Shown piece after piece: positions 46,385-47,194 of a stretch of DNA of 47,194 nucleotides. Both the position numbers and the translations under genes were made by a program. Origin of the DNA: a virus (taxonomy: Duplodnaviria; Caudoviricetes); IMG/VR virus record IMGVR_UViG_3300032212_000694, positions 1 through 47,194 of that record; one strand, 5' to 3'. The first letter of the stretch is position 1. Each line of letters starts with the position of its first letter. The notes beneath the pieces were generated by a model that worked only from the letters and a program-made list of their open reading frames with translations, was not told the DNA's origin and did not search any database.

Positions 46385-47194
46385 ATGAAGCAGTTAAAGC
46401 CACCCTTTGGTTGGGTTGGAGGTAAGTCAAAACTTGCCGATGAAATAATCAGCTTATTTCCAAAACATCGTTTATATGTAGAAGTTTTTGCAGGCGCATT
46501 AAATATTCTATATAGAAAAAGACGTCCACATTCAAGCAAACAAGCCGAAGTTGTTAATGACATTAATGGAGAACTCATTAATCTTCATAGAGTAATTAAA
46601 TTAAATCCGCAATCATTAGCAGCTTATTTAAATGAACTGCTCATAAGTAGAACTCTTTTTAATAATATACGAGATAACAAAATAAAGCCCAGGAACAAAC
46701 TAGAAAGAGCTGCATTCTATTATTATCTGCTATCACAAAGTTTTGGCTCAAAAGGAGATAATTTTGCAATGCAAGCCAAGACTTCACGACCAAGAGATGT
46801 TTATAGAGGGTTCACTATCTGGTCAAGGCGTTTAAAATTTGTAACTGTTGAGAATATGAGTTTTGAAAAGCTAATTTCAGAATACAATCAAGATGATGCA
46901 TTCTTTTACTGTGACCCTCCATATTTTGGTACAGAAGATTATTATAAAAATACAGGTGGTTTTGCTACCAAAGAGCATATTGCTTTGCGTGATAGTTTGG
47001 CTAAGGCTAAGGGTAAATTTCTTGTAAGCTATAACGATCATCCATTTATAAGAGACTTATACAAAGATTATAGGATTGAGCAATCAAAAGAGATTGATTA
47101 TACACTTGGAGCAAATGTGCATGAGCAAAAGAAAAAAGTTAGGGAGATTTATATTATGAATTATGAAGAAGAGGGATTATTTTCGTTTAATTAA
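46385..47194 (+). CDS. dam: N6-adenine DNA methyltransferase (Dam/D12 class)
   Basis: WVGGKS, EVFAGA, NDIN and FYCDPPY motifs. Confidence 0.93.
   Translation: MKQLKPPFGWVGGKSKLADEIISLFPKHRLYVEVFAGALNILYRKRRPHSSKQAEVVNDINGELINLHRVIKLNPQSLAAYLNELLISRTLFNNIRDNKIKPRNKLERAAFYYYLLSQSFGSKGDNFAMQAKTSRPRDVYRGFTIWSRRLKFVTVENMSFEKLISEYNQDDAFFYCDPPYFGTEDYYKNTGGFATKEHIALRDSLAKAKGKFLVSYNDHPFIRDLYKDYRIEQSKEIDYTLGANVHEQKKKVREIYIMNYEEEGLFSFN

Larger units (their letters stand above)
5884..47194. mobile_element. Lambda-like temperate prophage (siphovirus); right boundary lies outside the window
   Basis: att core, integrase, cI/cro/cII, GpA-type terminase, lambda-type portal/D/E head genes, tail, tape measure and lysis genes in lambdoid order. 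Confidence 0.95.

Noticed and set aside
3-46578. Numerous antisense or shadow ORFs in the track (e.g. 26-412, 4409-4729, 13411-13767, 20835-21068, 25847-26317, 35922-36329, 46231-46578)
   Set aside because: Most overlap better-supported genes; they lack convincing RBSs and protein motifs.

Overview
AT-rich window, probably from a Campylobacterota (Sulfurimonas/Arcobacter-like) genome; the taxon is inferred from promoter style and protein families. Bases 1-5.9 kb hold three minus-strand secreted-protein genes with shuffled domains. From a duplicated tRNA 3'-end att core at 5884-5900 to the window end lies a near-complete lambda-like siphovirus prophage whose other att site must be outside the window. 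Gene order: integrase/xis; leftward early operon (Rha-type regulator, dUTPase, parB, PAPS-reductase-like gene, parA, lipoprotein); OL, C5-methylase, cI, OR, cro, cII; replication initiator; a second tyrosine recombinase; terS/terL; a ~5 kb accessory block (antirepressor+RHH, HsdR-N nuclease, DUF1566 protein, hicAB); lambda-type head genes; tail genes with a programmed -1 frameshift; tape measure; LamG/SPRY receptor-binding protein; lysis genes; adenine methylase. The most intriguing signal is a pair of related long-stem hairpins in the pL transcript whose loops are antisense to the ribosome-binding sites of the prophage's own antirepressor and terL genes. Also notable are a PAPS-reductase-like gene wedged between parA and parB, LF(D/S)F tails on all three putative DNA-modifying enzymes, and the co-occurrence of two recombinases with ParAB. 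All family assignments come from motif recognition by eye, not from database searches.
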